DNA of 64,000 nucleotides from an uncultured Candidatus Binatia bacterium (GCA_965200965.1 OZ241744.1:1440001-1504000), one strand, 5' to 3'. Positions 28,262 through 38,615 are shown, counted from the first letter of the stretch. Made by a program: numbers and translations. Notes: generated from the sequence alone by a model not told the origin.

Positions 28262-29470
28262 ATGCCGCACGGAATCAACAAAAAAGCCCTGGCCCTGCTG
28301 GGGCTGGGCCACCTGATGGTTGACCTGAACACCGGTGCCCTGCCGGCCCTGCTGCCGTTTCTCAAAAACTCGTTTGCCCTGTCGTACACCATGACCAGCG
28401 CCCTCATTCTGGTCGCCAATGTGTCCTCGTCTCTGGTCCAGCCAGTCTTTGGCTATCTCTCGGACCGCAGCGCCAAAGCCTGGCTGCTGCCCTGTGGAGT
28501 CATCGCCGCCACCTGCGGCATGGCCAGCGTGGGCTTGGCCGGCAGCTATCCGACCCTGCTGGCCCTGGTCTTGATCAGCGGTATCGGGATTGCGAGCTAT
28601 CATCCAGAAGCCTACAAAACCGCCTATCTTTCCACCGGGGCAAAAAAGGCGACCGGCATATCGCTGTTTTCGGTTGGCGGCAATATCGGTCTAGGCTTAG
28701 GCCCGCTGGCTGTGGCCCTGTGTCTCGCCGGCTGGGGACCCCACGGCCTGCTGCTGCTGTGGATACCGGGGCTGATCGTCGGCGGCGTGTTCATCCGCTG
28801 TCTACCGTGGCTGTCGCAGGTTCGGCTGCCGTCGCCCGAGGCGCAGAGCGAGGCACCGGCTATTCCACATGCGGCTATGGTGGTGGTGTTAGGCGTGGTC
28901 ATGCTTGGGGCATGCGTCCACGCCGGGCTTTTCACCTATGTGCCGCTGTATTTTGACGCGCGGGGAGAGGGCACGCTCGTGGTTGGCTCGATTGTGTCGC
29001 TGTTTTTGATTGCCGGCGCGGTCGGGACGCTGATCGCCGGCCCGCTGTCCGACCGCATCGGCCATAAACGCTTCCTGGTGCTGAGCTTTGGCGCGCTGTG
29101 CCCCTTGCTGCCGGTGTTCCTCCACACCGATGGGGTCCTCAGCCTGATCGTCCTGGCCCTGGTCGGTATGCTGTTGTCGCCGATGTTCGCCCTCACCCTG
29201 GTCATTGCCCAGAACCTGATGCAGGGCCGGCTGGGCACAACCGCCGGGCTGCTGACCGGGGTCGGGTTTGGCGTTGGCGGGCTGGGCGTCACCGGCCTCG
29301 GCCTGATTGCCGATACCTGGGGGGTGGCGGCGGCGATGCAGACGCTGTGCGTCCTGCCCGTGCTGCCGTGGCTGTGCATCTGCTTGCTGCCGGCCGACGG
29401 GAAGACCGAGCCGGGCCCAGACCAAGTGCCGAATACGCCGGCTGCGGTCGCCCAGCCGAGCGAAAACTGA
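28262..29470 (+). CDS. MFS transporter (Fsr/fosmidomycin-resistance-like)
   Basis: QPVFGYLSDR, GIASYHPEA, FSVGGNIG, GPLSDRIG; about 12 hydrophobic segments. Confidence 0.88.
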   Translation: MPHGINKKALALLGLGHLMVDLNTGALPALLPFLKNSFALSYTMTSALILVANVSSSLVQPVFGYLSDRSAKAWLLPCGVIAATCGMASVGLAGSYPTLLALVLISGIGIASYHPEAYKTAYLSTGAKKATGISLFSVGGNIGLGLGPLAVALCLAGWGPHGLLLLWIPGLIVGGVFIRCLPWLSQVRLPSPEAQSEAPAIPHAAMVVVLGVVMLGACVHAGLFTYVPLYFDARGEGTLVVGSIVSLFLIAGAVGTLIAGPLSDRIGHKRFLVLSFGALCPLLPVFLHTDGVLSLIVLALVGMLLSPMFALTLVIAQNLMQGRLGTTAGLLTGVGFGVGGLGVTGLGLIADTWGVAAAMQTLCVLPVLPWLCICLLPADGKTEPGPDQVPNTPAAVAQPSEN

Positions 29471-29557
29471 GAAGTTGTGTTCAGACCGTGGCTGTGCTAG
29501 GACTGAGGCACCGAGGGTGTAACTGAGAGCAGAATTTTCTGGACCTGAGAGGGAGTA

Positions 29558-29845
29558 ATGCCGCCAAGACGAAGCCGAAGCCGGAGAAGACCCCACAAAC
29601 GATCCACCACCCCAAGACCCGAACGGACTGGCGACCCCGATGCCATTGAGATGACCGGTACGGTTGTCGAAGTCCTGCCCAACGCGTTTTTTCGGGTCAA
29701 GCTCGAAAACGACCATGTTGTCCTGGCCCATGTGGCCGGCAAGATGCGCAAGTTTTTCATTAAGATTATTCAGGGCGATACCGTCACTGTCCAGCTCTCT
29801 CCGTATGATCTGGGTCGGGGGCGCATTACCTTCCGCCGCCGCTAA
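29558..29845 (+). CDS. infA: Translation initiation factor IF-1 with Arg-rich N-terminal extension
   Basis: [33 protein letters not shown]...[21 protein letters not shown]; GAGGGAG RBS before ATG 29558. Confidence 0.92.
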   Translation: MPPRRSRSRRRPHKRSTTPRPERTGDPDAIEMTGTVVEVLPNAFFRVKLENDHVVLAHVAGKMRKFFIKIIQGDTVTVQLSPYDLGRGRITFRRR

Positions 29846-29847
29846 GC

Positions 29848-29934
29848 CTGTCTTCCGCCTCGCGCGGCTCAGCCGGCCGTTGGGGTTCTGAGGGGTATCG
29901 CGCCTGACTGTCTTCCGCCTCGCGCGGCTCAGCC
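29848..29934. repeat. Two identical 27-bp direct repeats separated by 33 bp
   Basis: CTGTCTTCCGCCTCGCGCGGCTCAGCC at 29848-29874 and 29908-29934. Confidence 0.85.
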
Positions 29935-30918
29935 CTCTCCGCCGCCGACCACCGACTCTGGTGCCTGCCCGGCGGCAACCCGCTGGATATTGGCAAAGCC
30001 AAAGCTGATCCGCCGTGCCCAGGTGTCGAGCGTAACGCCGGCGATGTGCGGGGTGAGAACGACATTGTCCAGGCTGAGCAGCGGACTGTCGGTCGGCATG
30101 GGCTCGGCGGAAAACACGTCCAACCCGGCTCCGGCAATCTGTTTGGCGCGCAGGGCTTCAATCAGCGCGGGCTCGTCAACCACCGGACCGCGCGAGGTAT
30201 TGACCAGGATGGCCGAGGTTTTCATCAAACTGAGCGCACGGGCGTTGATGATTCCCTGTGTGCGCTCGGTCAGCGGGGTGTGGACCGACACGACATCGGC
30301 CTGACCCAGCAACTCGTCGAGGGGCAGGCTGACGGCGCTCAGCTCGCGCTCAAGCTCGGCCGGTGCCCGGACCGTATCGTAGTAGCGAATCGTGGCCTCA
30401 AAGCCGTTCGCCAAGCGGGCCAAGTAGCGACCGATTCGGCCAAAACCAACAATCCCCAGGGTCTTGGCCCGGAACTCGCGCATCCCCAGGGTTTCCTGGA
30501 GACCCAGCCAGCGCCCCTGGTGGAGGCTGTCGTGGTGCAGGAGCAGTTTTTTATACACGGCCAAAATCAGCAGCAGGGCGTGTTCGGCTACCGTTGGGGC
30601 GTTGGCTCCGCCGTTGTTGGCGACTGGAATCCCGACCTGTTGAAAGGCGGCCAGGTCGAGCCATTCATAGCCCGCGCTCAGGACCTGGAAGAGTTTGAGG
30701 CGGCTGGCCACGGCAATCTCTCGCTGGGACGGGTTGCCCGGATAGCCGAGCAGGAAGTCGGCCTGGGCGATTTTTTCGCGCCGCCGCTCGGCTGGCGCGT
30801 CCTGTTCGAGCAATTCAAGACGGAAACCCGACGGTGTCTGGGCGGCAGCCATGTCAAGGATCTGTTGCGGCACGGAGCGCCGGGAGTAGAGAAAGACAAT
30901 CGTGTGGGGTTCACTCAT
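29929..30918 (-). CDS. D-isomer-specific 2-hydroxyacid dehydrogenase
   Basis: VAEHA, GIVGFGRIG, LVNTSRGPVVDE, GLDVF..EP, LTPHIAG. Confidence 0.92.
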   Translation of the reverse strand: MSEPHTIVFLYSRRSVPQQILDMAAAQTPSGFRLELLEQDAPAERRREKIAQADFLLGYPGNPSQREIAVASRLKLFQVLSAGYEWLDLAAFQQVGIPVANNGGANAPTVAEHALLLILAVYKKLLLHHDSLHQGRWLGLQETLGMREFRAKTLGIVGFGRIGRYLARLANGFEATIRYYDTVRAPAELERELSAVSLPLDELLGQADVVSVHTPLTERTQGIINARALSLMKTSAILVNTSRGPVVDEPALIEALRAKQIAGAGLDVFSAEPMPTDSPLLSLDNVVLTPHIAGVTLDTWARRISFGFANIQRVAAGQAPESVVGGGEG

Positions 30919-30941
30919 CGCAGCTTCCCTCCTGTGGAGCC

Positions 30942-32222
30942 CTAGCCGAAGTGGGCCAGGATACGACATAAGATCTGGAAGCCTTGGCGCATATGGGTGA
31001 GTTCGGCAAATTCGTTCGGCGCGTGATAGGTGTCCAGACGGCCAAAGCCGGTAATCTGAATATCAAAACCGTGTGTTTGCAGCATCCGCACATAGGGCAG
31101 ACCGCCCGTCACTGAAAACGGACGGGAGTCGGGCCGCACCGCAGTCACTGCCTCAGCCAGGGCCTGGTAGCCGACCGAGCTGCGGTCGCACGCAATGCCG
31201 CCGACCGGCGCGCCAATGCTCTCCAGTTTGACCGTCCCGACCTCGCTTGGTCCCAGCCGGTAGCGGCTCGGCCCGAGCGTGGGCAGCTTCAGGATATCGA
31301 GCGTGGTGATAAACGCCGTGGCTCCGTCGCGGACCTCGTGGGGGGAATACCACGGCGTGAGACGGATATCGCCCTCCACCACCGCGGTGGCCGGAATCTT
31401 GGTCAGGCTGTCGTTGTGAACCGTGACCCGGGTCGGCTTGAGCGAGGAGGGGGCCCGAAAGCCGTACTCCCGCTCTTTGGGATGGGGCGGATAGTGCTCA
31501 TAAAACCAGCGCTGCAAGGCCCGGGTTACCTCAAAGGCCAGCTCGGCGGCGTTAATCCCGTCCTGCGGAAAACCGGAGTGGGAGACCTTGCCCTCCACCA
31601 CCAGCCGCCACGGTGCCATGCCGCCGGTCGCCAGGGTCGGCCCGAAGTCGGCGCTATCGAGCCAGTACACCGGCCCGTTTTTGAGGTGCGTGAGCCTGCC
31701 GTCCTGCACCAGCTTGCCGATGCCGATACCGCTGACCCGCGAGAGTTCTTCGTTAGCGATAATGACGCCGACAACAGTCCGGTCGAGACGGACTTCCGAC
31801 TCGGCCAGTTGGCGAAACAGATCGGTCAGGACCGCCACATGTCCCAGACAGTCGGTGACCCCCCGGCCGTATAAGCGGTCGCCCTCAATGTGGAGCTGAA
31901 ACGGCGGACGTTGCCACTCGGCCGGGTCGGCCGGCACGACATCAAGATGCGCCCCGACAAAGGCGACCGTGCGGGTGCTGCGGCCCGGGTAGGTAATGAT
32001 GAGGTTGCCACGCCCCTCGGCATAGCTGACGCGCTCAACGCGGAGTTTCCCGGCCCGGACCAGCGGACTCAGCTCGGTGACAACGATATCGCCGGCCACA
32101 TCTTCCTGGGGCGGCGGTACCTCTTTGCTGAGCGAGTTTTGCAGCTTGTCACCGACCGCTACCATGCCGCCCAGCACACGCAGAAAGCGGGCGGTGTTGA
32201 GCGTCCAGGTGGTGAGCTCCAT
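30942..32222 (-). CDS. M20-family metallopeptidase / acetylornithine deacetylase-like
   Basis: GAHLDVVPA, GRGVTDCLGH, IANEE, SHSGFP, YHAPNE; start codon uncertain. Confidence 0.82.
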   Translation of the reverse strand: MELTTWTLNTARFLRVLGGMVAVGDKLQNSLSKEVPPPQEDVAGDIVVTELSPLVRAGKLRVERVSYAEGRGNLIITYPGRSTRTVAFVGAHLDVVPADPAEWQRPPFQLHIEGDRLYGRGVTDCLGHVAVLTDLFRQLAESEVRLDRTVVGVIIANEELSRVSGIGIGKLVQDGRLTHLKNGPVYWLDSADFGPTLATGGMAPWRLVVEGKVSHSGFPQDGINAAELAFEVTRALQRWFYEHYPPHPKEREYGFRAPSSLKPTRVTVHNDSLTKIPATAVVEGDIRLTPWYSPHEVRDGATAFITTLDILKLPTLGPSRYRLGPSEVGTVKLESIGAPVGGIACDRSSVGYQALAEAVTAVRPDSRPFSVTGGLPYVRMLQTHGFDIQITGFGRLDTYHAPNEFAELTHMRQGFQILCRILAHFG

Positions 32223-32253
32223 ACCCGGCTTGCTCGCCAACGGCCCAGGGCGC

Positions 32254-32662
32254 TTAGATGCCTTCGGCGTCAAAGACTTCCTTGGCAACCTGAAAGGCGT
32301 TGACCGCGGCCGGCACGCCGGCGTAGAAAGCCATCTGCATCAGGATCTCGATGATCTCTTCCTTGCTCAGGCCGATGTTGAGGCCGTTGGCGATATGGGC
32401 TTTGAGCTGTGGCAGGCGTTGCATGGAGGTCAGGGCCGCGATTACGGCCACACTGCGCAGCTTGAGTTCAAGGCCCGGTCGCCCCCCAGACCTTGCCAAA
32501 CACGACCTCGTTCAGCAGGTCCTCCAAATCGGGCGACAGTTCTGCCAGCGCGGTGGTCGACCCGCCGTAGCGTTTCCCGCTCAGCTTCTTACGGATCGCA
32601 AGGCCCTTTCGATAGGCCGCAGTTTTCGGGGTGGCTCTTTTCCTGGCCGGTGCTTTTGCCAT
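32254..32662 (-). pseudogene. Carboxymuconolactone decarboxylase family gene, +1 frameshift in a G6 run (32482-32487)
   Basis: ...VVFGKVWG|RPGLELKLRS...AFYAGVPAA is restored by removing one G. Confidence 0.75.
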
Positions 32663-32833
32663 ACTTCCTCCCTGTTGGTGATGTTCGGTCGCTCGCAGAC
32701 TATAACCTAGGCCGGGCGGGGGGCACAAGCGAGGCTGGACCGGCGGCTTGACAGGCCGGACAGCGGCATGTTCAAAACGAGTGTGGTGTCGCTACGATCG
32801 GTGAGATGCAACAGACAGTGAAGGAGGGACGCT

Positions 32834-33901
32834 GTGAAATTTGGCCTTTTTTACCAACTCCCGTGCGCGGACGACCAGTCCGCCGTCGTCCGCTACCGAG
32901 AGACGATTGAACAGGTCCAGTACGGCGACGAGCTTGGCTTCGGCTGCGCTTGGCTGGCTGAGCTGCATTTTTATAAACCCTTCTCGATCTTGTCCTCGCC
33001 CCTGATTGTGGCCACCGCCATTGCCCAGAAAACCCGCACTATTCGGCTCGGCATCGCTGTCAGCCTGCTGCCGCTGTGGCACCCCTTACGGAGTGCCGAG
33101 GACGGCGCAACCGTAGACATTCTGAGCGACGGACGGCTGGAGTTTGGCGTTGGCCGAGGCGCAATCCCGCTCCACTTTGCCGGCTTTGGCGCTTCCCGCG
33201 AGGAGAGCCGCCAGCGGTTTGAAGAGTCGCTGGAGATCATCAAAAAAGCCTGGACGACCGAGTCTTTCTCGTATGACGGGCAGTTCTACCACATCCCCGA
33301 GACGAGTGTCGTTCCCAAGCCCCTCCAAAAGCCTCACCCGCCGCTGCGGATCGCCGCCAACAGCCCGGAGACCGCGGTGTTTGCCGGCCAGCAGCACTAT
33401 CCGATCTTTGTCGCCTCGGTCACCAACCCGCTGCCCCGTATGTATGATCAGGTTGACCGCTACCGGGAAGCCTGGGCGGCTGGTCCACGCGCAAACGGTG
33501 AGGCCGGGCCGGATGTCTCGACTATGTTCTTCATGCGACCGGGCGACAGTCTGGCCGAGGTCCAAGACGCGATTGAGCCCAGCCTGAACAATTATTTCCA
33601 GAGCGTGTCGGGCATGGTCCGGGCGGCCGTGGACGCCGAGAGCGGCTCAGACAGCTACCGCTATCTGCAGGAAGTCCAGAAAAATGTGGACAGCCTGAGC
33701 TTTGAGACGATGACCGGGAACATGGCAGTTTTTGGCTCGCCGGCCGCGTGTATTGAGCGCATCAGGGCACTCCATGAGCGGCTCAACATGCGGGAGCTGA
33801 TCTGCTGGTTTAATCCTGGCGGCAAGGTCCCGCATACACAAGTCATGGCCGCGATGGCCCGCTTTGCCACGGAGGTCGCGCCGGCGGTCCAAGACCTGTA
33901 A
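32834..33901 (+). CDS. LLM-class flavin-dependent oxidoreductase
   Basis: WLAELHF, IRLGIAVSLLP, GRLEFGVGRG, PKPLQKPHPP. Confidence 0.9.
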   Translation: MKFGLFYQLPCADDQSAVVRYRETIEQVQYGDELGFGCAWLAELHFYKPFSILSSPLIVATAIAQKTRTIRLGIAVSLLPLWHPLRSAEDGATVDILSDGRLEFGVGRGAIPLHFAGFGASREESRQRFEESLEIIKKAWTTESFSYDGQFYHIPETSVVPKPLQKPHPPLRIAANSPETAVFAGQQHYPIFVASVTNPLPRMYDQVDRYREAWAAGPRANGEAGPDVSTMFFMRPGDSLAEVQDAIEPSLNNYFQSVSGMVRAAVDAESGSDSYRYLQEVQKNVDSLSFETMTGNMAVFGSPAACIERIRALHERLNMRELICWFNPGGKVPHTQVMAAMARFATEVAPAVQDL

Positions 33902-33997
33902 GCATTCGTCTTTCGCTTGACAAGCCGAGGCGAGAGGCTGATAAGAGAGGCTGGTGTCAGAGCACAGACAGGCCAGACCAGTTCAGAGGAGGGCAGT

Positions 33998-35269
33998 ATG
34001 GGACGGACTTTTTTTCGCGGGGCAAATCTGATTGACGGGCTCCACAGACCCAAAGCCAACGCCACCGTGGTGGTTGAGGGCAAGCGCATTAGTGCGGTGG
34101 GGGTGGGCGGGCGGGTGCCCAAACCGACCGCTCAAGACACGGTATATGATCTGAATGGCAAATCGCTGATGCCGGGCATGGTCCAGAGCCACTACCATGT
34201 GGCTTACGCCAATATCAGCGATCTGAACGACATTGATATGAAATACCACCCGACCCATCTGGCGCTGATTGCGGCCAAAAACGCCGAGTTGCTGCTGCGC
34301 AGCGGTTTCACCGGCGCGGTCGGGGCCGGGACACTGCACAATATCGACGTCTCGCTCAAGAAGGCGATCAATGCGGGGCTGATTCCCGGCCCGCGTTTCA
34401 TGGCCGGCGGCCGCGATGTGGTCACGACCGGTGACTCGGTTGATAGCCATCCGTCATTCTGGAACCTCAAGATGGAAGGGCTGGCCCATATCTGTGACGG
34501 CCCGGCCGAGTTCCGCAAGGCCGTCCGCAGCGAGATCAAACAGGGCGTGGACATCATCAAGCTGTACCCGACCGGCGGGCACGGCTTGCCCTGGCCGATC
34601 GAGACCATGACCATGAGTCAGGACGAGATTGAGGCGGCATCCAACGCCACCCACGAACGGGGCAAAAAGATCCGCGGCCATATCTGCTCCACCAAAGGCA
34701 TCAAGGCCGCCATCAAGGCCAAGGTCGATCTGATTGACCACGGCGACCGTTTAGACCAAGAATGCATTGACCTGATGGTCGAGAACGGGACGTTCCTGAC
34801 GCCCAGCCTGTACTTCCCGTGGATGGTGGTTGAGGAGCACAAACGCAGCGGCAAGGTCATGTGGGACGAGATTGAGGGCATGAGCCGTGGGGTTGACAAC
34901 TTTGCCAAGATGCTGCCCAAGGCCAATACAGCCGGCGTCAAGCTCTTGGTTGGGGATGATTTCGGTATCTCGATCATGCCCCACGGCGACTATGCCAAAG
35001 AACTCGAAGCCTATGTCGAAGGCGCGGGCATCAGTCCGCTGGATGTCATTCGCTGGGCGACGGTCAACGGCGCGGACCTGATGGGCATGAAGGACGAGCT
35101 GGGATCAATTGAGGCCGGTAAGCTGGCCGACCTGCTGGTGGTCAACGGCAATCCGGCCAGAGACATCACCGTCCTCCAGGATCGCAACAAGCTGGAGGTC
35201 ATCATGAAGGGCGGCGAGATGTTTACATGCCAACTCAGCCCGGGCAAGGTTCAACTCAAAGCCGCCTAA
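33998..35269 (+). CDS. Amidohydrolase family (Xaa-Pro dipeptidase-like)
   Basis: PGMVQSHYH, GVDIIKLY.TGG, IDHG, GSIEAGKLADLLVVNGNP. Confidence 0.85.
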   Translation: MGRTFFRGANLIDGLHRPKANATVVVEGKRISAVGVGGRVPKPTAQDTVYDLNGKSLMPGMVQSHYHVAYANISDLNDIDMKYHPTHLALIAAKNAELLLRSGFTGAVGAGTLHNIDVSLKKAINAGLIPGPRFMAGGRDVVTTGDSVDSHPSFWNLKMEGLAHICDGPAEFRKAVRSEIKQGVDIIKLYPTGGHGLPWPIETMTMSQDEIEAASNATHERGKKIRGHICSTKGIKAAIKAKVDLIDHGDRLDQECIDLMVENGTFLTPSLYFPWMVVEEHKRSGKVMWDEIEGMSRGVDNFAKMLPKANTAGVKLLVGDDFGISIMPHGDYAKELEAYVEGAGISPLDVIRWATVNGADLMGMKDELGSIEAGKLADLLVVNGNPARDITVLQDRNKLEVIMKGGEMFTCQLSPGKVQLKAA

Positions 35270-35364
35270 GCGGCAGGCTGCGGGGGCGGGTCGGCCCTGC
35301 TCCCGGCCTGTCTTGCCCACCCCTTATCCGCCCCCGATTTTTCCTTGTCCAGGAGACGCACCCC

Positions 35365-36495
35365 ATGAGCCGGATTATTGATGCCGACAGTCATTTCATG
35401 GAGCCGCTTGACCTGTGGGAGCGTTACATCGAACCGCAGTACCGGCCACGGTGTTTACGCTTTCGCCAGGAGGCCGACGGTCGCTACATCATGCTGGTCA
35501 ATGAAGACAAACAGGTTCGCGGGGTTGGCGAGTTCAGCATGGAACAGATGCTCGGGGTGGGCGTGGGCTACGGCCAAAAGGAGGAAGGCTCGGGCCTGGG
35601 CCACTTTGATTTTTCCGCGGCCTTCAACAACAGCCTCGAAGACATGGGTACCCGTGTCGCCTTCCTTGACCGGGAGGGCATGGCCTGTCAGTTCATCTAT
35701 CCCACCCTGGGTCTGCTGTGGGAGGGCCAAGTCACCGACCCCGAACTGGCCGCGGCCCACTGCCGGGCCTACAACACCTGGGCCCTGGAGGTGTGCGCTC
35801 CCCATCGGAAGCGGCTCTTTCCGGTCGGCCACATCTCCCTGCGTCATCCACCGGCGGCCGTCCAGGAACTTGAGCGTCTGGCCCGGGCCGGGGTGCGAGC
35901 GGTGTTTGTCGGCGCACTCCCGGTTGAGGGCAAGAGCTTTGGCTGTCCTGATTTTGATCCGATTTGGGCCAGCGCCGAAGGACTGGACCTGGCTGTTGGC
36001 CTTCATCTGGTTGTGCATCGCAACTATGTCGGCCACGACTGGTACGAAGACCGTCGGCCAGGCTTCATGTACCTCAGCATGAACACCATCCAGGACCCGC
36101 GTATCGCGCTGACCACGATGGTCTACGACGGGGTATTTGAGCGCTTCCCGCGGCTGCGGGTAGCCACGATTGAGGCGGCCAGCGGCTGGGTTGTTGAGTG
36201 GGTTGACCGGCTCGATTATCGCTACAGCTATATGGGCCATACCTGCCAGATGAAGCGGCCGGCCAGCGAGTATTTTGAGCGGAATATCTGGATTGGGGCA
36301 GACCCGGAAGAACGCCTGCTGCCCTATATGATTGAGTTGCTCGGCGACCACAAGTTTTTCATTGGCTCGGATTACCCGCACGCCGAGGGCTTTGTCGAGC
36401 CGGTTGCCAAAGCCCGCACGGCGCTCCAGACCTTATCACCGGCCTCGGTGGATAAAATCCTGGGCGAGAATGCGGTGCAGTTTTTTGGGGTCTGA
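35365..36495 (+). CDS. Amidohydrolase 2 family protein
   Basis: IDADSHFME, GVFERFPRLR, GSDYPHAE. Confidence 0.9.
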   Translation: MSRIIDADSHFMEPLDLWERYIEPQYRPRCLRFRQEADGRYIMLVNEDKQVRGVGEFSMEQMLGVGVGYGQKEEGSGLGHFDFSAAFNNSLEDMGTRVAFLDREGMACQFIYPTLGLLWEGQVTDPELAAAHCRAYNTWALEVCAPHRKRLFPVGHISLRHPPAAVQELERLARAGVRAVFVGALPVEGKSFGCPDFDPIWASAEGLDLAVGLHLVVHRNYVGHDWYEDRRPGFMYLSMNTIQDPRIALTTMVYDGVFERFPRLRVATIEAASGWVVEWVDRLDYRYSYMGHTCQMKRPASEYFERNIWIGADPEERLLPYMIELLGDHKFFIGSDYPHAEGFVEPVAKARTALQTLSPASVDKILGENAVQFFGV

Positions 36496-36505
36496 AAAGC
36501 CGCGT

Positions 36506-37237
36506 TTATGCTTTTGCGGCCGTGAAGCCAGTGACCGGTGGCTTGGCCATAAAGGCGTCCCAGAACGGGTCATCCCGCTGGGAAGGGTGTAGATAGGGGC
36601 CGACCCACTGAAAATCGGCAAAGCCGGCTTGGTGAAAGGCGGCCCGGTAGGTCTCCGGTGTCAGAAAGAAGTTCCTGAAGGCAAACTGCCGCCCGTCTTC
36701 GTTGGTAAACCGGTACTCAATCGCGTCCCCCTCTGCGGGAGGATGGGCGCAGCTTCTCTCAAAGCCGTACTGTGCCCAGGAGTCGGTTTCAGCCGGCGGC
36801 AGCCGCACGTTATCGTTGAAGCCGACAAAGCGCCCTCCGGGCCGTAAGACCCTGGAAGCGGCCTCGCAGAAGCGCAGGAGTTCGCCTCCGGTCTTGGCAT
36901 AATTCAGCAGATACATGGCCACCACGACCTCAACCGCCTCGAGTTCCAGGTCTGCCACATCCTGATGCAGATAGGCACAGCCGAGCGGGCGAACCCGTTC
37001 TTCTTCCTCTGCCAGCCGGATCATTTCACCAGAAATATCCACCCCGGTGACGTGCGCGGCCCCGGCTTGCCTGATTTTGCGGGTGTAAAACCCTTCGCCG
37101 CAGGCCAAGTCCACCACTTGCCTGCCCCGAATGTCTCCCAGGGTTTCAAACAGAGTATATTCTTCTATGTATTTGCGCCACGGCAGGCGTTTGGAGTCTC
37201 GGTAGGCGGTGGCAATGAAGTCGTACTCGTGACTCAT
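36506..37237 (-). CDS. Class I SAM-dependent methyltransferase
   Basis: VVDLACGEG, GVDIS, LRPGGRFV. Confidence 0.88.
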   Translation of the reverse strand: MSHEYDFIATAYRDSKRLPWRKYIEEYTLFETLGDIRGRQVVDLACGEGFYTRKIRQAGAAHVTGVDISGEMIRLAEEEERVRPLGCAYLHQDVADLELEAVEVVVAMYLLNYAKTGGELLRFCEAASRVLRPGGRFVGFNDNVRLPPAETDSWAQYGFERSCAHPPAEGDAIEYRFTNEDGRQFAFRNFFLTPETYRAAFHQAGFADFQWVGPYLHPSQRDDPFWDAFMAKPPVTGFTAAKA

Positions 37238-37308
37238 GGGCGGACACTCCGGTGCTGATTCAAGAATCTTGGGCTGCGGCACTTCACCAGCCATTCCCTC
37301 CGCGTCAC

Positions 37309-37779
37309 TCAGCTCTCCTCTTCCAGCAGCTCGTCCAACTGGACCAGGATGCCGTCCGGGTCGCACAGGAAGGCGCTGTGAAACGTGCCGTCCGCGGTCT
37401 TGGCCTTACTGGGCGGGACGACAAACTCGGCCCCTTTGGCTTTCAACTCCTCATACACGCCCGGCAGGTCTTCAACCCAGAAAGCAAAATGGTGGACGCC
37501 GATCTGGTCAAGCTTGATCGGCTCGCCACTGACCGGCCTATCAGAGTGTTCCGACAGGACCAGAAACGCCTCGTCTTTGCCGCGTTTCCAGTACAGGGTG
37601 GCCACCCGGCGCTGGTCGTGGGGGTCTTTATACAGGGCCGGCAGCACCGTGCCCCGGGTGGGCTGGATTTCGTCTCGGACGACCTCAAAACCCAGCAGGT
37701 CCCGGTAGAAGGCCAGGGACTTGTCCATATCCCGGACGCCGACCGCAATGTGTGAGACGCCTCTGGTTTTCATGCGCAT
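37309..37779 (-). CDS. VOC/glyoxalase family protein
   Basis: HIAVGVRDMDKSLAFYRDLLGF, HHFAFWVED, DPDGILVQL. Confidence 0.9.
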   Translation of the reverse strand: MRMKTRGVSHIAVGVRDMDKSLAFYRDLLGFEVVRDEIQPTRGTVLPALYKDPHDQRRVATLYWKRGKDEAFLVLSEHSDRPVSGEPIKLDQIGVHHFAFWVEDLPGVYEELKAKGAEFVVPPSKAKTADGTFHSAFLCDPDGILVQLDELLEEES

Positions 37780-37982
37780 TCCCTCCTGTTCCCTTGTCTG
37801 CCAGCTGAGGGTGAAAGTCAAGTGCGACAGGGCGCTGCCGGGACTTTACAAGCCGGCCGTGGGCTGGGACAGTGGTGGAAAGCTCAGGAGACATGTGGCG
37901 AGGACCGGACGCCAGGCCGAGGGAATCAGCTGGGGAGCTCATCCGGGGCGTGTTGAGCGATTGACAGGAGATTGTGTCAGCC

Positions 37983-38615
37983 ATGTACGCGCGTGTTATT
38001 CCGCTGCACTTCAAGCCGGACTCTATAGACGACTTTTTGACCGTATATCAGAAGAGCGCCGTTCCCGAGCTGCTCAAGCGCCGGGGGTTTGGCGGCGCTT
38101 TGGCCTTGACCGATGGGGCCTCACAGCGCGGTCTGCTGGTCTCGCTGTGGGAGGGGCCGGACGAACTGCGGCGCTCGCAGCCGCCCAGCCAGCGCATCCT
38201 GTCGGCCATGCTGCTGCCCTTTCTGGCCCGGCCGCCGACGCCCGTCCACTATGAGGTGTGTGTCGAGGCCGGCCGGCATATCGGCGGACGGGTGGCCCGC
38301 ACGCTGAGCCTGCCGATAGCCGGCACCCGGCTTGACGAGGCGCTGGCAGTGTATACCGAAACGCTGCTGCCCGAACTGAAGCGACAGGCCGGAAGCGGCC
38401 TTGGCCTGAGCCTGTGGACCTCGGCCGAGGCGATGCGGGCGGCTGACGAGCCGGGCGCGTTTTTTCCGCGCGCAGCCCAAGCCTTGGCCGCGTTTTTTCA
38501 GGTCCCGCCGGAGCGGGGCTATTATACGGTCAGCAGTCAGCTCCAGGTTGCCGGGCCTGGACAAAGGCTTTCTTCTCCCAGCCCTGCTCATACGGCGTCC
38601 AAAAGCTGGGGGTGA
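37983..38615 (+). CDS. Tandem ABM/dimeric alpha-beta barrel-like protein (second domain appears internally shortened)
   Basis: MYARV...PELLKRRGFGGALAL...VSLWE repeated as ...PELKRQAG-SGLGLSLWT. Confidence 0.6.
   Translation: MYARVIPLHFKPDSIDDFLTVYQKSAVPELLKRRGFGGALALTDGASQRGLLVSLWEGPDELRRSQPPSQRILSAMLLPFLARPPTPVHYEVCVEAGRHIGGRVARTLSLPIAGTRLDEALAVYTETLLPELKRQAGSGLGLSLWTSAEAMRAADEPGAFFPRAAQALAAFFQVPPERGYYTVSSQLQVAGPGQRLSSPSPAHTASKSWG

Noticed and set aside
37790-37975. Riboswitch or ncRNA in the VOC/ABM divergent intergenic region
   Set aside because: Only an 8-bp distant inverted repeat; no recognisable aptamer motif.
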